Shown here: one piece after another, positions 25,690 through 38,825 of the stretch
Layout of the letters: the number at the start of each line of letters is the position of its first letter
How positions within the stretch are numbered: position 1 is the stretch's first letter
Origin: Octopus bimaculoides
Lineage: Eukaryota
Reading direction: 5' to 3'
NCBI RefSeq assembly: GCF_001194135.2
Contig: NC_068987.1
Location: forward strand, 26,865,918-26,929,917
DNA length: 64,000 nucleotides
The notes under the pieces: model-generated
The model's input: only the letters and a program-made list of their open reading frames with translations
The model's database searches: none
Told to the model about the DNA's origin: nothing
Position numbers and translations under genes: made by a program

Positions 25690-25989
25690 GTCTATATTTA
25701 AGAGATGAGGAATTATGTACATTATTTACATTTGACGGATATTTGTCCTTAACTTGTTTGTTGTTAACACAACGTTTCGGCTGATATACCTTCCAGCCTT
25801 CATCAGGTGTTTTGGGGAAATTTTGAACCTGGGTTCTCATTCCTAAGGTATTTATCGATGTTATTATTATTATTATTATTATTATTGTTGTTGTTGTTGT
25901 TGTTGTTCAGGTCACTGCTTGGAATCGAACTCGAAATCTTGGGTTTTAGTAGCCCGCGCTCTTAACCACTACGTCATATGCCTGTGGGC
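25690..25989 (-). mobile_element. tRNA-derived SINE with (CAA)n/(TAA)n linker and a hammerhead-containing, Penelope-like 3' tail
   Basis: Minus strand has a Pol III A box (TGACGTAGTGG, 25976-25966) and B box (GAGTTCGATTCC, 25932-25921), then a CAA/TAA microsatellite (about 25860-25907) and a unique tail with a hammerhead core. The 3' end abuts TA-rich repeats and the 5' end abuts an N gap. Confidence 0.85.
25766..25811 (-). ncRNA. minimal type-I hammerhead ribozyme motif
   Basis: Minus strand reads AACAC-CUGAUGA-A-GGCUG-(10-nt loop)-CAGCC-GAAA-C-GU-U-GUGUU. Stem I AACAC/GUGUU and stem II GGCUG/CAGCC are each 5 bp. The CUGAUGA and GAAA core is intact, and a palindromic ACGU replaces stem III. 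Predicted cleavage is between 25771 and 25770. Activity is untested. Confidence 0.8.
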
Positions 25990-27559
25990 NNNNNNNNNNN
26001 NNNNNNNNNNNNNNNNNNNNNNNNNNNNNNNNNNNNNNNNNNNNNNNNNNNNNNNNNNNNNNNNNNNNNNNNNNNNNNNNNNNNNNNNNNNNNNNNNNNN
26101 NNNNNNNNNNNNNNNNNNNNNNNNNNNNNNNNNNNNNNNNNNNNNNNNNNNNNNNNNNNNNNNNNNNNNNNNNNNNNNNNNNNNNNNNNNNNNNNNNNNN
26201 NNNNNNNNNNNNNNNNNNNNNNNNNNNNNNNNNNNNNNNNNNNNNNNNNNNNNNNNNNNNNNNNNNNNNNNNATATATATATATATATACACACATATCT
26301 ATGTATTTATATGTATGTATGCATATATGTATAGGTGCGTGTGTGTGTATTTCTTCAAGTTTTTTTTTTTTTTGCTTCTTTTGCTGCACGAATACACATC
26401 GTGAATTGTTAAACATTTCCTTGTTTTGTGGAAATTGTATGTTCACAAATACGATGTAACACCAACATAGCATAAATGATAATTAATTACCTTTCTTTTG
26501 TTAGTCGGAAAGATTCGCTGTTCACGCATATACACACATGTGAACTAATCACTGTTAAATAATAAAGAACAAGAAGGAAGCAAACAAGAATCACCAACAA
26601 CAAAATATAATAAAATGTGAGCAAATATAAATGAAATCTTAAAAAATATCTGAGAATATTTGTAAATTGTGTTTAGAAGTTTGGTTGTTTTATAGAAAAC
26701 TTTTATACTTTTATATATTCATAGACATTATACGGGTAAAAGTAATCATAAGCTGTTTTGCTCGTGATATACGTAATTTTGGCGTCTGTAGTTTGTCTAT
26801 TGTCTGAATAATTTCTCCTAGTAATTTTCTCAGTGAAATATGGGAATATTTCACGCCTACTCGTGTATACTATTGTACATTTACATAGTGAGTCTCTCAT
26901 CACTACTTTGGCAGAACTGTAATGTCTGTGCTAGATGTAACGGTCTAATAACATCGATACATGTTCCTACCCTTTGGAATAAAAGAACTAATGTTAGTAA
27001 TTAAGTAATATTGTATTTCTTCATCGTAGAATTATTTCTAATTATTCTTTTAATGCATATTGTATTGAACATGGAAACACTGACTTGTTCATATGAAATG
27101 TGTTTTTTTTTTTTCATTCTTAACTTGCTAAGCAAAGCAGTTTCAATGCTCAACTTACATACAAAACCCAAATTGTTATCTGTTTGACATTCTACTTAAT
27201 TCCAGGTGCATCTTGACAGCAGATATATGTTAAAAGCATTCCAGTCATTAACTTCCTATCGAATAAGCTGAGAACATTCTACACATACGAATCTGAGAAC
27301 AGTTTACCCATTCTCTCTTCCTTTTAAGAGCTGTTTTTAACAGGTCGAGTGCAATATTTTTTTCACACTAAATGCGGAGGCCAATTTTTGTAGTATTTCT
27401 TGAGTGTTACTTTGTTAGCTACTGCAGTCAGTCGGAAAGGTAATTCGGCTGTCTGGGAATTCGAGCTGAAATGTTCTATTTTGTTTATCTTTTATTTCTT
27501 AATCTTTTATTTGGTTCAGGCATCATCCCGCGGCCATGCTGGGGTGCACCGCATTGAAA

Positions 27560-27935
27560 AAATTTGTAGTCGAATGAATTGACCTCCGTAGTTACTTTTT
27601 AATGCCTGGTACTTATTTAATTGATCTCTTTTGCCTAAACGCTGAACTACGTGGATGTAAACACACCAACACCGTTTAAGCAATGGTGGGGGACAAACAC
27701 CCACACTCACACACACGCATGCGTGCGCACACATACACCTGTACATATAGAAATATATGTATTCCGTCTATTAAATCCACTCACAAGTCTTCGATCGGCT
27801 AGTTTCCGTCTGCCAAATTCACTCATAAGGCTTTAGCCGGCCTGAAAATATAGTAGTAAGACAGTGGCCGAAGGTGCCACGCAGTGAAACTGAATCCGGA
27901 ATTATGTGGTTGGGAAGTAAACTTCTTACCACACA
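27560..27935 (-). mobile_element. CORE-type tRNA SINE with 3' tail
   Basis: Reverse complement of the same head, CORE, linker and tail modules as 7495-7895. Confidence 0.75.
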
Positions 27936-29143
27936 GATACACTCTCGCAGAGCCACTGAGTTATAGCTGCTTATGTTGTGCTACGTAAACTAAATGATTT
28001 GCTCTTTGATGCAATAATCGAGCTTTGACCTCAATCTACCAAAAACTGACCTATAAGGTTCGATCGTGATTGTCTTGTTAAGCAGTTTATTTGGTAACCG
28101 CTTTATCGTCTGTTCTGTGCAACTGCATAAGTTCTTAGGCAAGCTTATGTTATATCTTCAGGTAGACGAATGATTTTCGTGTGAAATATGATAAACGGAA
28201 ACTGAACTGAAATCCGTGCTATACATGTATGTGTGCGTTTCTCTTAGCAACTAGCTCGATTCATTTGGGGCCTATAATGCGCAGTTTGACCTACAGACTT
28301 GAAATTAGCTTGTCTTCAGACGTACTATATCACTCGTTGTTGTCCCCATCCTCTTAACTTTCATCATCATCACCTCGCCGTCTTTGTCGTTGTCCTTATT
28401 ATAGCAATAACTGTAACAATAGCAATACAAATAAAAGTAGCAGAACATTTTGCTATGCCAAAATGCCAGACATGAACTCGTTAATTCGACTACAAATCAC
28501 TGCTATTTTTCCACTGTTCAACATGTTTGCATATAACATTTCTGATTTACACATCTTGCTGGAACATTTTGCTGTATATTCTAAAAATAAATAAAGATAT
28601 TAAAATATATATGATGGTATGTAGATAACTATTCTTCATATTTGCAAATTTTGTTGGATACTTTGAAAAACTAATGGACAACAATATTTATATTGCGATT
28701 TATTAATTTCGATAGGAAACAGTAAAACTCTATATTATATACATTTGCATAAATATTGCAATTTCTTGGGATAAAACCCTAATCTATTTACTAACACTGA
28801 AATAGAAGACACTTATGAAGTATATATACAAAAACGAGAATGAAACAATAACATATTATGAGAAAATGAATTTAATATACATATTTATACGTAGATATAT
28901 ATGGATATGAAAAATTATTCAATACGTAATAAATAAATAATTACACATGAGTAAATAAATATATAAATATTAACAAATTGTATGCTTCAAGACTTCTCTG
29001 TTTGCAGTTCATTTTATTAAATATGATTTCATTTTCAGTTATTGAAGACGACTATTCCTGACAGTATACAAATTTATGATTCAAATTATCTTCACAAACA
29101 TGAAAATGAGATATAGGAAGATAAATATACATCTCTATCTCTC

Positions 29144-29178
<35 letters not shown>

Positions 29179-30319
29179 ATGTATGTATGTAAATGTGTGT
29201 TTGTGTGTGTGTATGTGTGTGTGTGTGCGTGTGCGTGTGTGTTTGTGTGTGTGTGCATGTTTGTATGTAGGTATGTATGTATGAGAAAGCAAGGAGAGGG
29301 TGCAGAGGAAGCATGGTTTGGGAGGAAAGGGAATTATTAATTATTTGATTTTCAGTAACAAATTGAAAGACATATTCAGTAAGGAAATGCATTATTAATA
29401 TTCATATAAAACAATAGTAAATACTCAATCATACCAGTCCAAATTCAATTATGAACTTAAACACACACACAACGTATACTTGCGGAAACATATTCACTAA
29501 TATCTCTCCCACTTTTGTCACTCTCTCCTATTTATGAATAATGAGTATGTGCGCGTGTGTATATATTTGTAAAACATACATGTATGCCTATATATATTTC
29601 TATATGATATTTGTAATTACTACCATTTCTTCAGGGCAATATAACACCATAAATTAGAGAAACAGAGACTATGTTGAGATAATGATAAATGTTATATAAG
29701 CTGTCAGTTGCAAAAATAAATAAATATAGAAATAATTTGGATAAGTTTCGTATTCAGCGGAGTTCCTTGTGGTTGTGCAACACGCTAGTATCTGAATGAT
29801 TTACGCTTATATGCAAATGTAAACATGTAAAGATGTGGCAACTTTATGCATAATTATCAGAAGAGTGAAGGATCCCTGTGTAGTATAGAGTCTTTTTTTG
29901 ATAGGCTGTACTCTCTATATTCTATCACTTTAACTTTACGTTATATGCCCACGCACATCTGAAGCCGGTCATAACCAAGATGCAGCAGGTAGGAACAACA
30001 TGCCTAGGACATCTTAGTACACCTAGTAAGATATCCCCTACTGCACAAAACGATGTAAGACAATTAGATGCGCAAAATCCTACCCATAACAAACAGTTGC
30101 AGGGAGGGTCGAAACGATCGTCGTACTGAATAAAGACTAGTGATAAATCTATCTTCCATTTCCTTCATCAATTAGCATTATCTCAATTAACACTGCATTC
30201 TTTCTGAAGTAGGTCCAGCGGATATATACCCCAACAATGGATGACACCAGGTTGCCAAAACTTTGAAAGTACTTTATTCAACAAATTTTGACATATACCC
30301 TTGGTCCCCAAAATTACAC

Positions 30320-30359
<40 letters not shown>

Positions 30360-30392
30360 ACACACACACGTATATATATACACACAGACACG

Positions 30393-30431
<39 letters not shown>

Positions 30432-30571
30432 GCATATATATATGCATACAATTACATTCATACGTATCTCTTTTACTCTTTTACTTGTTTCAGTCATTTG
30501 ACTGTGGCCATGCTGGAGCATATATATATATACGTATGTATGCATGTATGCATGTATGTATGTGTGTGTGT

Positions 30572-30622
<51 letters not shown>

Positions 30623-31629
30623 CGTGATTCAGAAACACACCACACTAGGTAATGCTAAATGCAGAGAAAAGTTTCGGCAGGGAGGCATATATTAAATTTA
30701 ACGCTACATCGTTTAGCCTTAGTACAGATTATGATCCATGTTTTTACTGTTATTTAAAGCNNNNNNNNNNNNNNNNNNNNNNNNNNNNNNNNNNNNNNNN
30801 NNNNNNNNNNNNNNNNNTTTGGATAATGTTAATTATAAATTTTCTCTGTACATTATCCATAAAGGTGAGGTAGATTTAGATCTGGTGAATGAATGTGATA
30901 CAAGTTATTTTTCAGTGATGCAATCCACGAAAATGTTTGTTTCAAACTTGCATAGCCATATTCATCATGTAGCCACTAGCACCGAATACGTATAGTATAG
31001 CTAAGAGTGCATAGACTGAAAAGCGCAGACAAGCCGTTTTATAACACGTAGAACAATTCACACAGATTCTGAGGGTCTGATGAACACAACTGCGTGTTTT
31101 GGGAATTAACGTAACCAGAATCACATTTTGTTTGTAAATTTGTTTCCATTCACCACATCAGCATTTTCCTATTCGATAAATCTCTTAAACCACCTGCAAT
31201 AACGGAGTTGCTTTTAATGACCAGTTCCTTCCAAGTATTATTTCGCTGTTACTATAGGAAGGTCTTTCATCCTTCTCTGATAGTGATATCATAAGTTGCA
31301 AATCCAATATCCTGTGGTTGCTGTGCGAACTGCAGTAATAACTTTCAGAAAATATAAAGCACGTGATCAAAAATATACACTATCATATTTTGCGTTAGAC
31401 TACACGGTTTCCCACGGTGCTCAGCATATCTTCTGCTGGACATGTTTAACAGAATTTTTTCATTATGGTTACAACTGAATTGCGAAGTTCAACAACTGAA
31501 GTTGGAAGATTATCATCAACAATGCTATCTCACTTAGACTGCATAACAACGACTTTAATGAAACACAAATTCGACGACATATCTGTATGTATGTAATGTA
31601 TGTATGTATTTTAATGTATGTATGTATGT

Positions 31630-34154
31630 CATTATTCAGTTTATTTCAAGATTTCTTGTCAATAGACAAATAACCGGTTTCTAACCTAGATACAAGGCTA
31701 CTTCATTGAATTTCAACATCAACAACAGGGTATGTATGTATGTATGTATGTATGTATACACAGACTTTTTTTATGTATGTAATCTTATGCATTGAGTTAC
31801 ATATCTAGACATGCTCATATATATCTTTAATTGTTAAACTTCTGGAAAGTTTTACAAATTTTTATAGTTCCAGTCATGGATTGGATCTGTAGCCTTCGAA
31901 TTAGCTTTCTCCTTTCTGGATCTGAGATGCCTAATTTCTCAAGATTGGTATATAGGCAGAGTGTTACATATCCTAGGACCCCAATAATTACAAATATAAA
32001 CTTGAGCTTGTAATCTGGATAGAGTAAATGTAGATTTCACAATAGTTCAGCATAGGTGTTCTCTTTTTCACTGATCTTTCGCTTTATGTTAACATCCACT
32101 GGGCAACTGAGTTCCACAACTGTGCACAGATTCTCTTCTCTATCCCAAATCATTATATCAGGCCTGTTGCGCTTAACTTTTATTGAGGCCTTCACTGGTA
32201 AATTCCACCAGTATTCCATTTCAATGTGAGTGGCTATGGCTTCTACCATATTGTGGGCTTTTATTTCTTTGTACTCGAGGTTATACTTCTGACGGAATTC
32301 ATTATAGAGTGTCCTAGCTACAACGCTATGTCACATCGGTAAATAATACCGTGATGACATTTTCGGACAACTGCTTATAATGTGGTTGATATCTTCAGTG
32401 TGAACTCCGCATCTGTATCCCTTTTGTGCATCAGGTACTTGGTTGATATTTCCTCTTCCTGGATTGCAAACACATACCTTTCAAAGTGGGAGGTAATAAT
32501 CCGGCTATTCGATTCGTCTATGATAAACTGCTTTGATGATCGATGTTACTATCATCACTGAGCTTTCTACTAATATCCATGTATATTCTTCTGCTCAAAT
32601 AGGCTCATCCCTTCATCTGATGATATGTTGAGGTAGAGTTGTGCGACTTTTTTGGGCATATATTCTAGGTTATGCGACAGAGTGTTGCTCAAGGAGATGC
32701 CTTCCAAGTCTTATGATGTTACCATTTCTGTTTCCTTGTGAACCAGTGAGATACCCTTCAGACTTCCTTAACACGAATGACAATGGGTTTACAGAAAGTA
32801 TGAACAACAGAGAGGCTGTCTCCTTGGAATATGCCTTTGCCATATTGTATTCTATCGGTGATAATACAGTTGCTCTTTGTGTTTAATTTCAAGATGGTGG
32901 CCAACGATGAAGTCAGGTGAGCCATAGCTTTGACTATTCTCACTGGACGTTTAGCAAGTTGAAGGGCTTCTAGCATCCATGAGTGGAGCACAGAATCAAA
33001 GGCATTCTTGTATTCTAGTCAGATTGAAACTAGGCTCCTCCTATGCTCTAGCACATCTGACATCACAGTTTTGTTGATTAGGTATTGCTCGGCACATACA
33101 CAGACTGCCTTCTTCCCAGCTGTTTATTCTGTTGTGTTAATGTTATTGGTTTCATAATGGTCTTGGAGGAATAGGTTTAAAGATGCTACACATATCTTAT
33201 ACATCCTGTTCCGGCATACAATTGGCCGGTAGATTTTTGCCGTGTGGGTGGTTCTGCAATTGGGGATCAATTTTGTTTCTGCCAGAGCTCGCCAGTGTGG
33301 TATGCTACTGTTCCCAATGAAAGCTTGTTGGTACAGATTGATAAGGTATGGTCGATAGAATGTTAGCTTCTTGTACCAAAATCCAACAATCAAGTCTCTT
33401 CCAGATGCTTTTCCATCCTGGCGTTTCTGGATCATAGTTGCAAGAGTTTCACAATCAATCTTCTATATCGTGGATGTAACGCAGGAACAATAACTTCTTC
33501 GGATTTCTTGCAGCCACAGAGCATCTGGGTTAAATTCATTCTCTTCACTCCAGATTTTCCTCCAGAAGGAGTCTATGTCTTCTCGCGAAGGAGCTTCCGT
33601 GATATTTATTACTCCTCCTCTTACGTCTCTGTATACTGCTGCCTGGTTGCGATAATTCTTTTTGTTTATTGTTCTTTTCTTGCTTATTCTCTTTTGCTGT
33701 CGGAGTTTTTCACCGACAACATTTAGCTCCTGCTTTAGCTTACTCACTTTTCAAGTGAGTGTCCCCTTTTCGCTGTCTTCAAACATTATTTCTATCGCCT
33801 TCTTTACATTCTGCTGGCGGTTTGTATAGTAATTTATTTGTTTGCATGTAATAAGCATCATTACATGACTGATGGTCTTCCGTAAACCATTTATCTGTTT
33901 TTCTATCTTCAAAACTCATGATGGTACATCCTTTGTAATTTCGGTTTTGTTTACTTATGAATATCATCTATGTGCTATTTTATAGTAGTAGCTTGTGCAT
34001 ATAGACAGGTGTTAATCAGTCAGTATGTGGATTCATCATACTGTTGTAAATAAATATTTTGTTAGTAACTTTTAATACGGTATCTGGTGGGTTTTTTTTT
34101 ACTTAGTTTGGTAGAGAATTCACTCAGGTTACATTTAATCAGCATATAATCCAG

Positions 34155-34228
<74 letters not shown>

Positions 34229-34960
34229 TACAGTAATCGTTGCGGTTGTGCCTGCTATTTACCAAAGTCGTATTACGGGGACAGTGGTCAGTTATATGAG
34301 CCAATAACATTTGGCTGACAGGCACTATGGAATCTGTTGGAATGTCGCTAGCTGCGAAATTACGTGTTGGTCTTGTATCATTCACGTTTTCGTTTTTGTT
34401 TATTGAGTTGGGAAGAAGGTTAATTTTCGATGTTTTAATAAAGTTGCAATTACTAACCTCTCTTCTATGTTCTGCAAATGCTACTTGTAGGCGTTGTTGT
34501 TTCGCAGTAAAATGATTTAACTTTGGACGCAGACCATCACAATATGATTTCAGTCGATCCATATAGCCAACAGCGGGGTTTTGGTTCGGTTTTACGTAGC
34601 AGTTATTCAATTCATAACTCCAAGAGAAATGAGTATTGTAGTTACAGTTTCTTCTATAACTACAGCTAGAAAAAAATTGTTTACCTGTTGAGATGTTGTT
34701 TTCGTTCCGTTCCTCGATTGTTTTGTTGATGTGTCCAGCCATGTTGTTTGTAGTAACTCTCTGTAAGGAATATTCAAGTTTCAGTCAAAAATCACTACGA
34801 CCGTTTATAAAAGGCTCTCTCAGTTAATTCATCTGAAGATTAACCACTTATTTAACAAGGCTGATAGTTGTGGCTCCGGAGTTGGAGATAGTATTTGTCG
34901 TATGTTCCATAAATAGTCACTCACGCGAAATACACGGCTTGTTGCTTCGAATGTTTACCT
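31630..34960 (-). mobile_element. RLE-type non-LTR retrotransposon (Dong/R4-like), near full length, internal deletion in RT
   Basis: N-terminal ORF 34742-34062 (WSYELN..GYMDRLK..HFTAKQ). RT motifs ASGRDLIVGFWYK, YRPIVC, NAFDSVLH and GIFQGDSLS are present, and the motif-C (DD) region is lost at about 32715. Then come EGYVFAIQEEEI, zinc-knuckle remnants and RLE RPDIMIWDRE..VVELSCP, with a stop at 31829-31827. The 3' UTR extends to about 31630. (TATG)n lies at both ends. Confidence 0.85.
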
Positions 34961-35442
34961 ATGCATGTATGCGTGTATGTATGTATGCGTGTATGTATGT
35001 ATGCTCGTATGTATGTATGTTTCTGTTTTGTTGACAAAATGATTACTTATTTTCAAAAGGAAAATATTTATTACTGTACTCAATAAGCCTAAAGCTAGAT
35101 GCAATTCTCTCCTCCCATTAGCAGTCAGCTTAGGGTATGATTATGGTGGTATTTCTAACAATATCCTTACAAACTGGTGACAATATGCCACACTGAGGTG
35201 GAAATAAAGATAACGAACCTAAATAACCCCGACAGATAACACAGCACGAAAATGCAGCGAGAAATTTCATTTTTGCATCTGGAAAGAACATAGAAGGTCA
35301 GGATTTTGTATTTCACAACTGCACCTACGCAAACAACGTTTATGCCAAGCAAATCTGCATTGGAAGTATATTACCAGCCTCTAGCATGCTTCTCTCCAGC
35401 ACTTTTTCTCTACTGTTAGTTGTTGTAGCAATAGCAGCAACA

Positions 35443-35443
35443 C

Positions 35444-35496
<53 letters not shown>

Positions 35497-35668
35497 ATAG
35501 TAGTGGTGGTGGTGGTGGTGGTGGTGGTAGTAGCAGCTGCAGCAGCAGCAGCAGCAGAAGAAGAAGAAGAAGAAGAAGAAGAAGAAGAAGAAGAAGAAGA
35601 AGAAGAAGAAGAAGAAGAAGAAGAAGAAGAAGAAGAAGAAGAAGAACAAGAAGAAGAAGAAGAAGAAC
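35443..35668. repeat. compound trinucleotide microsatellite (GTA)n-(GTG)n-(GCA)n-(GAA)n
   Basis: Directly visible. It explains the poly-S, T, V and E pseudo-ORFs. Confidence 0.95.
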
Positions 35669-36094
35669 TTGCCATCAGTATGAAATTATAAATGTTACTA
35701 TAGTGTCTGGTTATTCATTCCTGGGATATTTGAATATTTACAAGCAATTTAAATGTTTAAATGGTGTTCATGATTGTCAATATTTTCACATAAACTTACC
35801 GAGTATTTACTCCTTATAAACAGTCGATACCAATTCTTTACCCATAACATCTGCATCAAGCATTTTTGTGAACGTCCATTATTAATGACAAGAAAACAAA
35901 CAATGCTTCATAATATTGGGGTGGCATAATACTGCGGAAAACCAATGCAATATACTTGTCATTTAAACTAGTACGAAAACTTCGAACAGTTTATCCATTA
36001 GTGATGTCTAAACACATGATTTCATATCTCACATGACAGATGCTTATAACACACGCACACACACATTCTGAATAGTGACATGTCAACATGCCTT

Positions 36095-37122
36095 TGGATA
36101 CGATTATTGTGCGGTTAGTTTATTTCTATGTTTTTTTATATTAAAAGTGAAACTTAAAACAAAATGAGATACATTTTCATAATCTGATGGTCTTTTATTT
36201 CTGGGAAGGAAATGTTCTACAAATAAAAAAAAGACAGATATGTGCATTTGATGGAGATGGTGTCAAAGCTGACAGAATTGTTCCAAAGTTTTAAGAGCAA
36301 AAATTTAAAACTAAAACATCGTGAACGATCTGACAAGTGGAAGCACTATTGAGAAATTTTCTAGTTCACACGAGACGAGAGTCGCAGAGATGCACCCACA
36401 CACCACATGTAATGAATTTTGAAAAAAACTTAGATACATGAACCTCTATGATACTTGGGGGAATTAGAATTTTGTAAGAAATCAAAATAACGAAAATATC
36501 AAAGGGACTACATTTTTATTTGCAATTCTCTGCTCAAATGCAACAGAAGCAAGATACTTGTTTTAAAAATTAATCAAAACTGGTGTAAAACGGATCGTTT
36601 ACAACGATGTGGTGTGAAAAATTTCCGGTCACAATGGAAGCGTATTGTGCATTAGGAGCACCTCCCGCAAAGCCTTGAATTTAGACAATTATTGCTTCCA
36701 GTTACACCGATTAAAAAAGGTAATGGACGAAAAACGTCCAGAATTGGCCAGTCGGAAATGTCATATCATTTTTTCATCAGGACAACGCTACGGCTGATAG
36801 AAAATGCAGGCCCGGTAGAAATTGAAACAGCTTTGTTGATATGTCCTAACACAACCACGTTGCTTGCCTGACAATGCACTTTAGGATTACCATTTATTTC
36901 TATCCCTGCAAGAACTTCAGTTATTTGGAAAACGGCAAAAACCACTTAGACTAGTACATGATCAAAGTGGATGCCAAATTCTGGGAGGAAGAATTCAAGA
37001 AGCAGCTCCGAAAATGGCGAAATGGGATACATTTGGTTGAATAACGATATGTACAAATATCTAAAAATTGTTCTTCAATGTTACTCTAAAAACGGTACGA
37101 ACTTTTGTTCTAAACCACTATT
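36095..37122 (+). mobile_element. mariner transposon remnant, highly degenerate
   Basis: IKTGVKRIVYNDV (TGDEKW motif), YCFQLHRLKKVMDEKRPELASRK, FHQDNA and DYHLFLSLQ, with many stops and frameshifts. The right end is TIR-like. Confidence 0.75.
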
Positions 37123-37128
37123 ATTCAC

Positions 37129-37131
<3 letters not shown>

Positions 37132-37166
<35 letters not shown>

Positions 37167-37676
37167 TTGTTGCTGTTATTGTTGTTATTCTCCCTCTTCT
37201 TCTTTTCTGTCTCCTTCTACTCCTTTTTCTTTTCTTTTCTTCTTCTTCTTCTTCTTCTTCTTCTCCTCATCCTTCTTCTTTTTCTTCTTCTTCTCCTCCT
37301 CCTCCCCATCCTTCTTCTTCTTCTTCTTCTTCTTCTTCTGCCGCTTCTTCTCCTTCTTCTTCTCCTCCTCCTCCTCCTCCTCCCCATCCTTCTTTTTCTT
37401 CTTCTTCTTCTTCTCTTCATCCTTCTTCTTCTTCGTCTTCTCCTCATCCTTCTTCTTCTTCTTCCCCTCCTCCTCCTCCCCATCCTCCATCTTCTTCTTC
37501 TTCTTCTTCTTCTTCTTCTTCTTCTTCTTCTTCTCCTTCTTCTTCTTCCTCTTCTTCTTCTTCTTCTCCTCCTCCCCATCCTTCTTCTTCTTCTTCTTCT
37601 TCTTCTTCTTCTTCTTCTCCTCATCCTTCTTCTTCTTCTTCTCCTCCTCCTCCTCCTCCTCCTCCTCCTCCTCGTC
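37132..37676. repeat. (CAT)n followed by an about 450-bp polypyrimidine (TCT/CCT) compound microsatellite
   Basis: Directly visible. It contains a recurring CCTCCTCC(C/T)CATCCTTCTTCT higher-order unit. Confidence 0.95.
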
Positions 37677-38794
37677 TTTTACTTTCTCCTTCGAAGTATC
37701 TGAATATTTATCGATTTGACTCGATCTACTCCGTTATAATAAATACACGTTGCTGGTGACTGTCTCTCTTGTAATATTTTCTTGTATTCTTAAAATCGTT
37801 TAGACTGACATTTTTTTCAAGAGATGAAATTATGCAGATTCCTAATACCAAATTTAATGTTGCATTTGTTCTTCTATGTTTTAGATAACCACCGAAAAAA
37901 AAAAAAAAAAGCAAAATCAAACTAAATAACCATTATTTGTTGAGTCTGTTGGTTTGGCTTTGACATTCCTATCTGTTTTAACGAATGAAATCGCAAAATA
38001 TTCGTTGTAATTTTAGTATATTCTTTCCTAAATTCAATACCACTGTTTCGAACTCATTATGTTCATGGACACTATAGATTCGCAATCATTCCTTTATCGA
38101 TTCCAGTTTCTCAACAATAAAGGAAGTTGTTTCCGTATCTTAATGTGTATAATTTCTATAGTTAGACATCTAATTACGGCGGCTGAATTAGCGCTTGTTG
38201 AAGCAAACACCCGTTCTCATGGTCCCAGATATTTGTTAATAAATATGCCTATTCAAACAGTTATCTTGTGCCAATATATGTATAATTGTACAGTCAACGG
38301 TCATGCAACAAAACATCTGTAAATATGTATATATCTTATTTTTATTTATATTTACATAAATGTATATATTTAATTTTATATTCTTTTATTCTTTTATTCT
38401 TTTATTTATATCTAAATCTTACTTTGAATTTTTCCGTTGCATATCGTTTACTTTAAAAAAAAACTTTTATATGTATATATATGTATATCTTTAATTTTAT
38501 ACATACATACATACATACATACATACATACATACATNNNNNNNNNNNNNNNNNNNNNNNNNNNNNNNNNNNNNNNNNNNNNNNNNNNNNNNNNNNNNNNN
38601 NNNNNNNNNNNNNNNNNNNNNNNNNNNNNNNNNNNNNNNNNNNNNNNNNNNNNNNNNNNNNNNNNNNNNNNNNNNNNNNNNNNNNNNNNNNNNNNNNNNN
38701 NNNNNNNNNNNNNNNNNNNNNNNNNNNNNNNNNNNNNNNNNNNNNNNNNNNNNNNNNNNNNNNNNNNNNNNNNNNNNNNNNNNNNNNNNNNNNN

Positions 38795-38825
<31 letters not shown>

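Noticed and set aside
30840-31560. Coding-looking unique sequence
   Set aside because: Multiple stops in all frames, no recognisable motif and no convincing splice sites.
34750-34960. HDV-like ribozyme expected in an RLE LINE 5' UTR
   Set aside because: I could not build the nested double pseudoknot by eye. A covariance-model search is needed.
36971-37759. 262-aa Ser/Pro/His-rich ORF and overlapping poly-Leu, Arg and Lys ORFs
   Set aside because: All frames are open only because of the triplet polypyrimidine tract, and the ORF start lies in a mariner remnant.
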